DNA of 64,000 nt from Glaucostegus cemiculus (GCA_976551045.1 CDPCPM010000012.1:2356001-2420000); one strand, 5' to 3'; shown: positions 13,086-26,574, numbered from the stretch's first letter. Notes: a model not told the origin generated them from the sequence alone. Program-made: numbers and translations.

Positions 13086-13784
13086 ATCATTGTGGGATTG
13101 TACATGCTATTATATGGGAATGGCACTTTCAATTGCAAACTTTAGGAATATTAGAGATACTTTTGTTTTATAATTATAGCTCACTGTTTAGAGAATGAAT
13201 AGTAGACAGTGCATACAAATTCCACAGGAGATGTGCTGTTAAACTCTTGCATCATGTGCACTCACTTTTCAAATATTACTGCACATTTTGTATTATTCTC
13301 AGTTGCCCCACCTGCTAACCGAAACAGTTTGATACCAGCAACAAAATTAATTGCATACATATGTTGAGCATTTCATTTGCTTCTTATTAAAAATGAACAG
13401 CTGTGACAAAAGTTCCTTTGTGTTTCCTCAGTAGGTTAAATGCTGAAAAGGCAAACAGAGATGTATCAAAATATGAGTACTGGTGAAGCATAAAATGATT
13501 CCTAAAGAATTTATTTTCTTTACGCTAGTCATAGGAAAGGCTGCAAAACAGCACAATTTGAACACAGATACAAATCTCTACCGGCACCCTACTTAAGTAT
13601 ACGGTACATGCACGCACACACATAAAAGAACTTTTGTTGCATTTACTTCAGGTATTTTCTTAGTCTTCTAATAAGGCATTCCAACATAGATATTGTTCTT
13701 CTCAATCTACATGTATAGATCCACCACTGCAAAAGACTGCTGCTATCACTGTGGCCTCACAACAAACAGATATTTTCATTCAAA

Positions 13785-14022
13785 AAGTAAAAAGCTGCAG
13801 ACAATGGAAATTTAAATTAAATAGAAAATTCTGGAAGTACTCTGCAAGTCAGACAGCTTCCATGAAGAGAGAAAAAGAGTTCATGTTTCATATCAATGAG
13901 CTTTCATCAGAACTTAAAAATTCTGATAAATTTCATCAATCTGGAATGTTAACTCTGTTCCTCTTCTGTGGATTCTGCCTAATCTGCAGTTTTCCACCAT
14001 TTTCTGCTTAATTTCTTTCCAT
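13785..14022. mobile_element. Old head-to-head pair of PLE tails with two hammerhead-like motifs
   Basis: Left arm is a minus-strand PLE tail ending in a hammerhead-like motif at 13878-13914; right arm begins with one at 13920-13954 and continues as a plus-strand PLE tail. Confidence 0.65.
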
Positions 14023-15683
14023 GTTTCAAATTATTAGCTAGGAAATTAAATGGAATTCTTTTCACAAGCAATCATTTTGCTTTAAGTCTATTATCTCCTG
14101 ATATTTTTGTAGTAATTTCAGGATGCTCACCATTGTGTTATAACCCAGAAAAATAGATGGCTCCTGAAACAGACTATAATGATCACAGATTGTGTACTTA
14201 ATTACCTGCGGTCTACTGCCAAATAAGCCTAAGTTCACTTTACAATTTTCTGATTGACTGGGTGCTACATATTTTTCTGGTAAAGCACTAATGAAATTCT
14301 ATTTAAAACCTACTTTAGTCGATAGAATAACTTTTTTTAAACTGTTCAGGTCCTCAAGGTGAAAGATATTCCAAAATGGAACACACCCAGGGTCTGCATC
14401 AAAGGCAGAACAGTCAAATGCAATTGAGGCTCTCATTTCTCAGGTGTTACTGAAACTTACAAATGCTGTTCGGAAAGATGACATTCAAATCCTCACAGAC
14501 TACAAGTATGAGTTGGAGACTGTGACAGCCACTAAATGGTGTGCTGTTGACAGAAAATACTCATGCACAGTTCCACAGTTCCCTCTCCCCAAGCAACAAA
14601 AAAGCTCTCAAGTGTGCTATCTACTCATTGACATTCAAATGCCAGGCTAATTTTTAAGATTAACAAAGAGCAATCACACAGCTTTTTGCTGATGTGAAAA
14701 CTTTTTAAAGTGTTTTTAAAAAGACAACACAAAACCTCTTATACTTTGCACTCACTGCTGTCTCACTGCAAAGCTGAAGCAACACGAGTCTTTGTGAGTT
14801 CTCAGCCTACTTGCCAAAACGTGTTGTGCCTCAGGTCAATGATTTTGCTCCAGAGTATTACGAAAAATTTTTTTTGTATTTATGTAACATGAATTGTATG
14901 ACTGTTTAAAAAACCACAAGACACTGTAAGAAACCCTTGCGATAAGCAGCAGCAATATGGCTCCATCTACGACATGTTGAAATGAGTAAATTCAGATGAA
15001 ACAGAGCAATATGTATTTATTAATTGAAATTCAGAATAAAACCTGAAATTATGTGTAGCGCCAATGTATGTAACAGAGAACACCAGTGTATTGCAGACTG
15101 CTGTTGTATTCAAAAGAATGCTTTGATGAGAGTAGAGAAAAAGGCAAGAAAACCACAGTATTCTGGAAAAAGACCAATTACACAGCAAGCAATTTGGCTA
15201 ATAAATCCACTTTCCAAGAATCCTTCTGGCTGATGTCAACAAAATATATTCACATTACTTTTTGTTGGTTAAATTATTCTGCAGGGTTTCCCTCCCACCT
15301 CTGTAACTTCTATTTATCCCTCTTCTCTAGATGCTTTCTCCAATCTTCTGCTGAAGCTAGAGTGAATTACTGGGAGAACACCATTCATATTCTTCTGCTG
15401 GCCTCAATAAAAATCCATTTTCTCTTTTTAACTCATATGGAAGAAAATATCAACAGATAAGTAAAAAACATCCAACTGATCTATCCAATTCCTATCTATC
15501 AGGTACCTGTGGGCAAAGAATCTTCTGTCTTTTCTCTACCCCAAAAGCATGACTTGATCCAATTCTCAGTGGTGGATTTACCAGGCCAACAATAATCCAA
15601 AGCATCATTGATGTTTAAATGACCACTCAGCCTGATGGGGTGAACTTCTCACTTAGGGTGTGATTATCATCCAGATTCTGACC

Positions 15684-16158
15684 AATATTTTCCATCTTGG
15701 AACCTTGCAGTCTAATGGCATGAATATTGAATTGAATTCTTCCACTTTAGGATATATCCACCTCCCTTCCCCACAACTCCCCCCCTCCTCCCCCGTGCTT
15801 CTTCTCTTCTTCCCTTTCCCAGCCTCTTTTTTAAAACCTTACTTTTCTTTTCTCTCCTTACCTTTAACCCATCCTCAGTGAATCTGTTCTCTTCCCCAGC
15901 ACCTGCCTATCACTATCTCTTACCTGCATCTACCTTGTGCCCACCCTGCCCCCCCTATTTTGTCTACCTATTACTGCTCTGCCTCTCCTTCCTATATATT
16001 GGGCTTCCCCCTTTCCTATCTTCAGTCCAAAAGAAAGGTCCTGACCCAAAATGTTGTCCGCCTGCTTTTCTCCACAGATGCTGCCTGGCCTGCTGAGTTC
16101 CTCCAGCATCATTGCGTTTTTCATCTAGATTCCAGCATCTGCAGTCTTTTGTTTCTCT
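15684..16158 (+). mobile_element. Penelope-like element 3' fragment (end of GIY-YIG ORF plus tail)
   Basis: Translation IFHLGTLQSNGMNIEL matches the PLE endonuclease C-terminus (IFxLGTLQPxGMNxE); followed by a pyrimidine-rich tail, a decayed hammerhead at ~16023-16060 and GATGCTGCCTGGCCTGCTGAGTTCCTCCAGCA. Confidence 0.8.
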
Positions 16159-17616
16159 ACGCTGTCAAAGTAAAATAAAAAGTTCAAAGTGTGTCAGTAA
16201 CATGGAAACACTGCCAGTGCAAGTTTCTAACCATAATGTAGGCTTGTTTTCCACACTTCCCAATATACCTAGCTGATCAGATTAATGTGTTTTACGCAGC
16301 ACTTAAGATAGTGCTGTACACATGCCAGTACTGCAACAAGATTTGGACCACTGGTTAGAGAAGAGAATCACATAGAGAAGGGGAAGGGAATTACATTTAG
16401 AGGGGAATCACATATAGAAGTGAAAACTGGGACTTAACATAGCATTAGTGTGGTAAAAACAGTCAGAAAGAAGTCTGACTCTTATTAACATCAGCCAAGC
16501 ACTCCACAAGCTGCTGCACATGGTTTCGAATGAATATCCAGTGCAAGTCATTATTAAGAAGATCCACATAAGTGATGAACAATGGTAACTAAATGCACAA
16601 AAGCACAATTACTTGAGAGATTTGTAAATAATGCTGATCAATAACTTGGATTCAACATTGGTACCTTTTCTCTAAAAAGGTTTTCTTCTTTATACTTAAC
16701 TGCTCTTCCATCAAATACGTGCAAGACAAAACCTGGGACACCACATTTTTTTTCAGAAACCTGTAGAATATTTCCAGCTGGTCTCTTCCTTCATCTAACT
16801 TTGGCTTTCAAAGCAATATTAAAATGTTCAGGTTGCAGACAAGTCCTCAGAAGTCATTCTACATAATTACTAGAATGAAATTCTTTAATATAAAATAATA
16901 ATTGTAAAATTATTATCCCAATCCCAAATGCATAACATTTCATTTACCTTACACAGGACTTACAATGTTGATTTAAAAAACTCCTCTGTATTACCTTAAT
17001 CAAGAATATTCACTAGTAAGGTTCTACGGTGGGTCTTTTCAATTGTCCCAGAAATATTGTTGGGTTCCTAAACTGTAATTAACCTACAGCCATTGATTAC
17101 AATGCAGGCTGTGGGCCAACTTTGTGCTGTCTGCTCAGTTAAACAAGGTCAACATCCAGCCAACATTAACTACTTTTGTTTGGCTGCATGTTTCAGCAGA
17201 GATCTAAAATCAGGAGTATGTAGTTCTAGTTAAAGCTATCTTGTACAATTTGAAGCTCGCTTCTGTAAAGGTTAACACATTATGACTGAACAAGATGCTG
17301 TCCAGTGTCAGCAACTGATAAGGAAGCCACCCACAAAGAAAGGTATTAGGAACAGATAGCTACAGAAGGCGATACAAAGCCACAAGAAATTCAATGACTT
17401 CATACATTAGATCAGTATCAGTGAATTTCTCTCTAAATGTCATATCCCATCAATTGAGTATAAGATTCAGCTGACACTCAATTCATCACTTCCCCATCAA
17501 TCTATTATCAAATATCTGTCAGTCAGGACTCAAGCCAAACATCCATATGCATCAATAATTGAAAAACCCCAGAAAACTGCAGTTGCTGGAATCACTGAGC
17601 AGGTCAGTCAGCATCT

Positions 17617-19826
17617 CAGAGTCGCAGAGCCGTACAGCTTAGAAATAGGCCCACTTGCCCACTGCATCTATGCCAGTAATCATGCCTATTTATACTAGTC
17701 ATACCTGCTTGCATTAATTCCATATCCTTTTATGCCCTGCTCATTTAAGTATCTGTCCAAATGCCTCTTCCATTTTCCTACTGCCAAAAAAGTTCAATAG
17801 CAAATGTGATTTCTCTGGCTCTTCACTCTGCTCTGGGCCATTTGGACAACAGGAACACATAAGTCAGACCGCTGATCATCAACTACAACTTGGTGTTCAA
17901 CATAATCATCCCATCCAAACTCATCATCAAGCTTCAAGACGTGGGCCTCTGTACCATGCTCTGCAATTGGATCCTCGACTTCCTCATCAGCAGACCTGAG
18001 GATTGGTAACATCTCCTCCTCACTGACCATTAGCACAAGTGCACCTCAAGGCTGCGTGCTTAGCCTCCTGCTCTATTCCCTATACACACATGACTGTATG
18101 GCTAAGCACAGCTCCAATGCCATGTACAAATTCACTGGCCATATCACAGTTGTTAGATGATTCACACTTAGCAATGAGTTTGTGTACAGGGCCAAGATAG
18201 GACACCTGGTTGAGTGGTGCTGCAACAACAAACTCTCCCTCAACGTCAGTAAGACTAAAGAGCTGGTTATTGACTTCAGGAAGGGGAAAGGACAGCGAAC
18301 ATGCACCAGTCTACATTGGGGGTTGGGTGGAGAGAGTCAGCAGCTTTAAATTCCTGGACGTTAACATATTGGAGGACTTGTATGGGCCCAACACATGGAT
18401 GCAACCATAAAGAAAACACACCAGCATCTTTACTTTCTTAGGAGGTTCGGCATGGCACCAAACACTCTAACAAACTTACACAGATGTACTGTTGTAAGTA
18501 CCCTGACCAGTTGCATCATGGTCTAGTATGGCAATTCGAATGTGCAGGAACATAAGCAGCAGAGAGTAGTGGATTCAGCCCAATATATCACAGGCACATC
18601 CCTCCCCACCAGTGGTATCAACATAAGGCACTGCCTCAAGAAGGCAACATCTATCAAAGATTTCCCCACCATCTGGGCCATGCCATCTTCTCGCAGCTAC
18701 CATCAAGCAGGAAGTACAGACCACTGAAGTCCCACACCATCAGGTTCAAGAACAGTTACTTTCCTTTAACCATTCGGTTCTTGAGCCAATGGGCACAACC
18801 ATAAACACTGCCGCAGAACAGCAACACTATGACCACGCTGCACTCCAATGAACTTTGGTTTTTTATTGTTCTAATTATGTTCTTTCTTGTAAAAATTATG
18901 TATAATTTATGTTTAATTTGTGTTTTTGTGTGAACGCTTTTTATCTGATGTTATGTGCCTGTGATGTGCTTAGTTTTCATCATATCTGTGCATACATGTA
19001 CTTGTGTATATGACAATAAACTCAATGACTTTAAATGTTGTTACTGTTTCTGCCTCCACCACCTCCTCTAACAGCTCATTCAAGATACGTTTTGTATCAG
19101 ATACCAACTACTCTTTGTATGGAAATGTTACCCCTCAGATCCCCTTAAACCTCCTCCAACTCACCATAAACCTCTAGTTTCAGACACTTCTACCATGGGA
19201 CACAGCCTATGGCTATCTACCCTATCTATGCCTCTCACAACTTTATGTAATTCTATTGTGTTACCTCTCAACCTCCTTTACTCCAGGGCAAATAGACATT
19301 GCCTACCTCACCTCTCCTTATAACTCAAGCTCTCCAGTCCAGGCAACATCCTTATGAATCTTTTCTGCACCTCTCCAGCTTAATCACATTTTTCCTATAA
19401 CATAGTGACCAGAATTGCAGACGATACACCAGGTTTGGTCTCACCAATGTCCTGTACAAGTGCAACATGACATCCCAATTCCTGTACTCAATGCCTCAGC
19501 CGATGAGGGCAAACATGCCATGGCCCTTTCCACCATCTTGCCTACCTGTGTTCTGGTTTTCCAGAAACTATGTACCCTAAAGTCTCTCTGTTCAACAGCC
19601 TTCCCCAAGGCCCTGTCATTCACTGCATATGTCCTTGCCTGGTTTAACTTTCTAAAATGCATCACCACACTTGTCCGAGTTAAATACTATACGCCATTCC
19701 CTTGCCCATTTGATCTACATTCCTTGTAACCTTAGACAACCTTCCTCACTGTCCACTATACCACCAATTTTGGTGTCATCTGCAAACTTGCTAATCATGA
19801 CACCTGTATTCTCATTCAAATCATTA
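17617..19826 (-). mobile_element. CR1 LINE 3' ~1 kb, split by a Rex1/Babar insertion
   Basis: Tail 17617-17769 ends ...AATGCCTCTT and resumes TTAAATGTTG at ~19031; the reverse strand encodes KFADDTKIGG (~19765-19790) and MHFRKLNQARTYAVNDRAL. Confidence 0.85.
17771..19030 (+). mobile_element. Rex1/Babar-type LINE, 5'-truncated, decayed RT + DUF1891 + 3' UTR
   Basis: [59 protein letters not shown], with frameshifts and stops; ends TGACAATAAAC. Confidence 0.9.
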
Positions 19827-20030
19827 AGAGGACAAAGCTTTAATTTGGAGGAGAGCAGAGTGGGGGCTGTATGTATATCAAGCACAAGTGGACTGCTGTC
19901 AGGTAAAAGAGTAAGAACAGCACAGATGTCAAAGTTTCATGCAAGTTCTGGTGAAGGGATCCACAATGGGGCAGGTTAAAGGAGAAATATGATGAGCACC
20001 CTGAATGAAATTGTCAGGTTTTTGGAAGAC

Positions 20031-20600
20031 TGTTGTAAGACAAGTTCATAAAGTCTCACAGGGCAAGGACTCTGGACACAGTCTTTGGAGTTAAACTAAT
20101 TTATTCACAAAGACAAACACGGAACAGGATGAATGGGAACAAGCACACAGGTGATCATGAACATGGGGGAAATCGCGACAAGGGTGAGGTACACACACAC
20201 ACACACACTGGGTACAAACAAATCAAGGAAGAAACAATACAGTGCCTGCCACCCCTTGACTCAGTGCAAGCATCAGCTCTACTTAGGACACTCCCAACCC
20301 TTCTAGAGGTGCACACTCTTACCAATGGTCTCTTCAGTGTTGTTTCACAATTCGTGGAGCAATCAAAAGAGGGTGAACCATGCACATGTGGCATTCTTTA
20401 TAGTGCTGGAGGGCTGGGTGGTCCAGCCAAGGTAATTCAAACAAGCCAATGGCTCGGAGCCAGGTACAAAGGTGTTTACAGAGGCCAATGGTCAAGTGTG
20501 GACTAATAGGTGGGTGGAGCCACACCTCAATTGACAGTGATGTGACTTTCCACCAGGTGGTCAATGGTGTCACGTGATAGCCATGACCCTTCACAATACA
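20031..20600 (-). mobile_element. Solo LTR (570 bp)
   Basis: TGT...ACA termini; flanks AAGAC (20026-20030) and AAGGC (20601-20605) form a 5-bp TSD with one mismatch; on the minus strand two CCAAT boxes (plus-strand CCAAT ~20446, ~20485) precede TATAAAG (~20396-20402), which precedes AATAAA (~20100-20105). Confidence 0.7.
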
Positions 20601-23199
20601 AAGGCCTGCCAGAAAGCTTGTGTTGTTGTACCATCGCAATTGAAAACCGAGTAACAATGTTGTACAGGGCTTTGCAGAGCTTGGAACCCTTTCTTTAAAC
20701 ATGGAAATGATGGACATGCACATTTGAGGACCTTTGATGAAGGAGAATGTCAGGAGGCTGATGTTGCAACGTGTTTGTCCACAAAGGTTGCCACCCACCG
20801 TCGACATGCTGTCTGCACACTCAGACTGCTGACATTGTGACTACAGGTTGTCACAATGCCACAGCAATTGTTAAGGTCCCACACTGAGGGAGTGGTAGTG
20901 GTTCCAGGGCTGGGTTCCTGTTTGCTTGCTTCACTAATTAACTGATCTGTAGATGACAATTTCATGAACATTACCATACAAAATAATTTTCCATGAACAT
21001 TTATGGACGATAGCAATTGCATTACACTTTAAATGTGAGATGACTTGCACACATGCACTGGATTAGGTCTTGGCTGTAGGCCCTGCAGAGAGAAAGCCAT
21101 CTGCAGTAAAATTGCCCTTGAAAAATTAGTATGAGGTATACAGGGATTTTTAAAATTTGGCTGCACATGTTTTTAAAGATTAACAAAAAAACATGGGCAC
21201 AACACCAAGGCTTTATGGACTAATTCAGAGATGTGATGCCATGAGAGGAGAGGAGATTCCAAACTGACACACATTTAGTTACCAGTTAGTATTAACACAT
21301 TAGTATCCTAGACCATCACTATCTGAAAAATACATTTCCTCTGTAAACATAAAACTGCATCTAAAATTGCTCCATGGGATTCAATACAGAAATAGCAGAG
21401 TTTGATTAAGAAGCCGGGAGATTTGAATGTTAAGAAGATTTGAGGGCCACTCTTCTTGGTGAAAACTGTGCTTCCCAAATCCGAGCACATGCCATCTTCC
21501 TCTTACGGGCATGTTCCTGCCTGGCACGGTTGTGCACAGTTCTAAAATGCAGTTCTGTGACTGAAAAGGCCAGGCATCACACCGTGTGGTGATCAAATTT
21601 TCCTTAAGGTATAAATCCCACAGTTGGTGTTAAAGCTGCAACTTGCCAGTGATGCATCTCTAATCTCCAGTAGCTCATGTTGAACCAAAGAATTTAAGAA
21701 GTTTACTGAATCTTCCACAGATGTGCTGTTACATTTTATTACATCTTACGAGGCAAGTTTAGTATTTGTGTGGAAGCCATTGAACTAGAGCATGAGGGAT
21801 TTTATTAATCTACTATTTACTGAAAGATAACCTGAATTTTAAAAAGATGTAAAATTAAGAAAGGCAATATTTACATTTAAATTAAAAATATTGTGGAGGT
21901 GCATTCCTTTAGGTTGATAATTTTTGCTAGAGCTATTGATGACATCTTACTTTTAACGTTATCATCTTCTATCTCTCTCTCTAAATCCAGTGTTCCATGG
22001 GATTACATGCAAGTAAATAGAAGTTGTGCATGGAATTTAGTACTCACCAGCAGGAGAGAATATAATTGGTGCTCACCAATTAAATTCTACTCCATAAATT
22101 CGTATCATATCAAGACTACCTTTTGTATCAAAATATATGTTAGTTTGAACTTCTGCTCACCACAACAAGGTAAAGATTATCTGTCCTGCGAATAGAACCT
22201 AGAAGCAACACAATGTAGTTTATAACAGGAGCTAGCTGCAAGGTTAATCTGCCTCTGAAGTGATGCAGCAATGTCACTTAATCTTCACAAGACCAGGATA
22301 TTGCAATGTTGATTTAATTTTTTTTTAATGTGGGCTTTTGCTTTGCAGGTGGCCCAATATCATGCAAGTCTGAAGCTGCATACTGTAGCCAGGTGTACAT
22401 TTGGTGACTGTACCCCAATATCTGTTTGGCAAGGTTGGTTAACCCTCTGGCATTAATGTCTTACTGGGGCATTGATGGAGGATGGCTAACCTGCTCCCCT
22501 GGTTAGCAATCGATTGTTAAAAGCAAGCACAGTTCAGCTACCATGAACTAAAATTAAATTGCCAATGTATTTCTTTAATCTGCATTTTTATTCAAAGCCT
22601 AATATCTTGCAGTGCTTTTGTATATTTTGATACTCCTATAGTATAGAATCTATACTTTTTACTTCCAATTTTACTTCCAATACTTGTGTTTTAAGTGCTT
22701 TATGAAGAAACCCAGGCAGTTCTGAAATAACAGGCATATGTTTTATACAAACTTGACCTTATCCCCTGTAAAGCAACATGAAGATTTTTACTGTATGACG
22801 CAATGTTTGTTAACTCACCCTACCAAGACCCATAATTTGTTATAAATAAACCAAGAAAGGAGATACATTTTTCCCCCACCGCCTTTCCATTTTTGCTATA
22901 GTTATATTAATTGACTGCTGCACGTTTGCTTTTCATTCCTCACTTTTGTCCCTAAATGCAAGTAGACTTCTCATTAGTCCAAAAAGACAATTCTAATGAA
23001 AAGTTACATATAAAATTATGAGCCCATCTCTCTTTCTCATGCAGCTTATTTGACCCGTTGTGCTTTTCCTATTTTGAACATTTACAGTTGTCATGCTTCT
23101 TGGAAACTATTTACAACTCTTGGTTATTACAGGAGTTATAAATTAAGCAAGTAGAGATGACCAAAGTGATATCATTTACTTCACAATCTAATGACTAGA

Positions 23200-24680
23200 A
23201 GGGGGAGGAAGACAGAAAATAGGGAAGGTATGGACCAAAATTATGTATTAACAAAATAGCAGCAGGATATTTAAAAACTCATCATACAATTAAGCTAACC
23301 TATATGGGAAAACATATTTGACAAATATAACATAGCTCTGTGAGAATTTAAAGAACAGCTGTGTCAAGTGGAACAAGTAGATGCTGTACATTTCCACTTA
23401 ATATGATGCTGGTATTTAATATGGTGCAGGTATTTAATATGGTGCCACATAAAAGGTTATTGCAAAAAGGACTCATAGCACAGGGTAATGTATTAATATG
23501 GACAGAGGATGAGCTAACTAACAGAAAACAGAGAGTCAGGATAAGAAGACCATTTTCAAGTTAGCAAGTCTTAACCAAGTTTTAACAAAGGAATCAATCC
23601 TCAAGACTCAAATATTTACAATATGAGTGATTTAGATGAAGGGAATAAGAGTATTTCAGCCTTTCTTCATTAGATAACCCCTTCCTCCTGGGAATCAAAC
23701 CAGTTAACTTTCTTTTCTGCTGATGATGCAAAGAAAGGTGGGAAAGCAAGTTGTGGAATATATACTAATAGTCTAACAAAAGATTCAGGTGGGTTAAGAA
23801 AATGGGTAAAAATTTGACAGATGGAGTATAATTTGAGATTATCCAACACAGATTTTTTTAAATGAGGAGGGTCTACAGAATGCTGTTAACAGAAGGATCT
23901 GGTGTCCACAAGCATAAAAATTAGGATGCATGTTCAGCATGTCATTAGAAGTGGAAAGTCGGCCTTTATTGCAAAGGGATTAGAGCCCAATTATACAGGG
24001 TGTAGGTGAGAACAGATCTTAGTTAAAGAGGGATGTACTTGCATCAGCAGCTCAGGAGTTCAGAAACGGTTGCCTGCTTTGATTCCCAGAATGAAGGAGT
24101 TATCCTATGAAGAAAGGCTGAACAGGTTCGCCCACAGTCATAGAGTTGTACAGCACAGAAACGGGCCCCTTGGCCCACCACATCCATGCCAAACCTTTTG
24201 CCCATCTGCACTAATTCCACTTTCCTGCATTAGGACCTTATCCTTCTACGCCTTGCCCATTCAAGTCTCTGTCCAAATGCCACTTAAATGTGGTCATTGT
24301 ATCCCCTTCCACAATTTCCATCAGTGTGATTAGAAGAATGAGAAGAGATCTTACTTAAACTTTACAGAATCCTGTAACGTCTTGACAAGGTAGAAGCTGA
24401 GAAGATACTTCCTCTCATGGGAGAAATCAAGAAATGTAAGCAATAGTTCCAGAATATGAAGTCATTTATTTAAGACAGAGATGAGGAGCAACTAAGTGGG
24501 TTCTGAATCTTTGGAATTCTCTACCCCAGGGAGCTGTAGATAACAAGTCATTGAATATATTCAAGGTTGGGATAGGCAGATTTTTGGTCCATAGGACAGT
24601 CTAGGAATAAGGAGAATTGACAGGATAGTGAAGTTGAATGGCATACGGCCCATTTCTGCTCAATTTATTGAGTTCTCTGA
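23200..24680 (+). mobile_element. Decayed CR1 LINE RT and 3' region
   Basis: VPHKRLL, WTEDELTNRKQRVRI, (F)ADD-like at ~23720, WQMEYN, LIPRMKELSYEERLNR and a CR1 tail; contains an 18-bp x3 tandem at 23398-23447. Confidence 0.8.
24133..24320 (-). mobile_element. CR1 3' tail nested in the 23200-24680 CR1
   Basis: CATAGAGTTGTACAGCACAGAAACGGGCCCCTTGGCCCAC... is the reverse complement of the CR1 tail. Confidence 0.8.
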
Positions 24681-25889
24681 ATGCAACCTTTGTAACAAGG
24701 AAAATGTCATCCCTGTGACAGGCACATATCATTTCACATAACAATTACTTCCAGAGCATTATTTGCATAAAGTATGTGGAGACTTGTGAAGGCAACTTGC
24801 AGAATTTCCATTAACTATCTTCTCTGGGTTCAATTAATCACCATAGAACTGTGTGTGAATTATTTATTTTGGAAAAGAACATGTTTAACTTGCTTACGAG
24901 GTTAGAAATATGCTGCACATTAGCATAAAAAATCCATCTGTTTTCAGAAATTATTCAGACAGGTTTTTAAGAGAAGATGCAAGAGCAGTTGTAGGCCACA
25001 TATCCCCTCAAATCTCTTCCACTATTCAATGAAATTGATTCTGATTCAATCAGATCTGCTGATCCTCTATGGAAATTCATAGATTCATAATTCATAAATT
25101 CATCATTGAATATCCAGCAGCATTTAAAACAGGTTATCACGTCTCAACTGATGATGGCATTAGAATGGAGACAGTATACCTTAAATTTGTACATCCAGAA
25201 AAATTCCACGGAAAGTCAATAATTTCTTAGTATCAACTATCAAAGGCAAGTTCCTTGTTAAGTATTTTATGACGGTATATTTTGTACAACTTATTTTGGC
25301 AGCATGTACTTTATAAACAAAACAAACCATCAGATGTTAATACTTAAACAAACCTTTGATAATAGACTGCAGATTCAAAACAAAGTTAGGAAAAAAAAAT
25401 TACAATTCATTGTAGTTTGTGCACGTCATATGATAATCAAAACCTTGTGACATTGATTGGGTGACAAAGTAAAGACCAAAGATGACAACAAGATTCACAA
25501 AGATAAGCAAAAAATATCAAGAACTTTTTCAGATTCCTGTTCAAATTACTTTATTAGGTGCATATGTAATGTATTTGGGCCTGACTAACTGGTGGTCTTA
25601 TACTGTGGGAAAGCCCAGGAAGATCTCAGTTTAATTTCTGTTCTGTGCAGACTAAATCAATCTTATGCAGAGCGAGAGCTCCATACGCAGTGAGCTGTCT
25701 TAATCACTCCTACATGATTTTTCAAATCTGCTAACATTCTCATTACTAATTACGTGACAACCTTGCTAGAAAGTGTACTGTATGGATAAGGTGGGGACAG
25801 AGCCTTGATGCACATTACAGTTGAATAGTTCACTTGATTTTTCATGCTTAAGCTGAATAATAAATTCAGGATGGTGATTCAGAAGTCTG

Positions 25890-26110
25890 CTCACGAAAAC
25901 TGGACTGTACGCCAATATCTCTGATATTGTAATTCTTGCAACGCCTAACGACAATTTCATTTATAGAGGAACTTCCTGTTAGAACAATACTTGTCCAGGA
26001 TTGGCCGTGATTCATGACTGATTGGGTGACTTCCGAACTTCCAGTAAATTTATTATGTGTAACAACGTAATGAATAATAGAGTGGAAATTATTGTGCAAT
26101 AAGGTAAATG
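25890..26110. promoter_or_regulatory. Promoter-like motif cluster (CCAAT x2, ETS x3, AP-1-like, C/EBP) with undepleted CpG
   Basis: ACTTCCTG 25971, GATTGG 25999 and 26020, TGATTCA 26008, ACTTCCG 26029, ACTTCC 26037, ATTGTGCAAT 26091; 8 CpGs in ~220 bp; AAG|GTAAAT donor at 26103/26104. Confidence 0.4.
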
Positions 26111-26574
26111 CGTCCAAGATACCAACAAAACTACTATTTGGTTCAAAATATTATTGGACCATATAGCATAGCATGGAATGGTGGAATGCTGGGGAGGGTA
26201 GAGTGTTTCAGCTTTGGTCACTTTTAGGAAAATAGGTCCAAATTACATTAGTTAGAATTCACTTCATATTTTTCATGCACTCACATGATCACAAATGTAA
26301 AATCTGTTAATGAGCCAGTACAATAATAGAATGCAATTGTTTCTACATTTTGGCTTGCTATTAAACATATTCCTTAATGTATTTAGGAATGGCAATCTGA
26401 AGCAGTTTATTGTCACGGTTGGAAAAGGGTCTGCCAGCAAAAAATCAGTATTTTTAATGTGCCTTCAGCGTTCAACCTGACAGTCACCAGATTTCAAATC
26501 CCTGAAAATGATCTGAAGAAAAACACTGAATCATTTGACAGTTTCAACGATGCATCCACAAAGCTATTTCATTC

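Noticed and set aside
14350-14650. Possible coding exon (GPQGER collagen-like start; 68-aa ORF)
   Set aside because: The Gly-X-Y pattern does not continue, no domain is recognisable and no consistent donor or phase partner was found.
20129-21022. Long ORFs of 125, 157 and 90 aa
   Set aside because: They overlap a solo LTR, a (CA)n tract or adjacent decayed sequence and show no domain motifs; chance frames, like most 60-125 aa ORFs in the track.
22349-22440. Plus-strand acceptor TTTTGCTTTGCAG with nearby weak donors
   Set aside because: Unrecognisable translations; such sites are expected by chance.
23398-23447. 18-bp x3 direct repeat as a CRISPR-like array
   Set aside because: No spacers, eukaryotic context, inside a CR1; the same applies to small duplications near 22657, 28992, 39560, 47895 and 61203.
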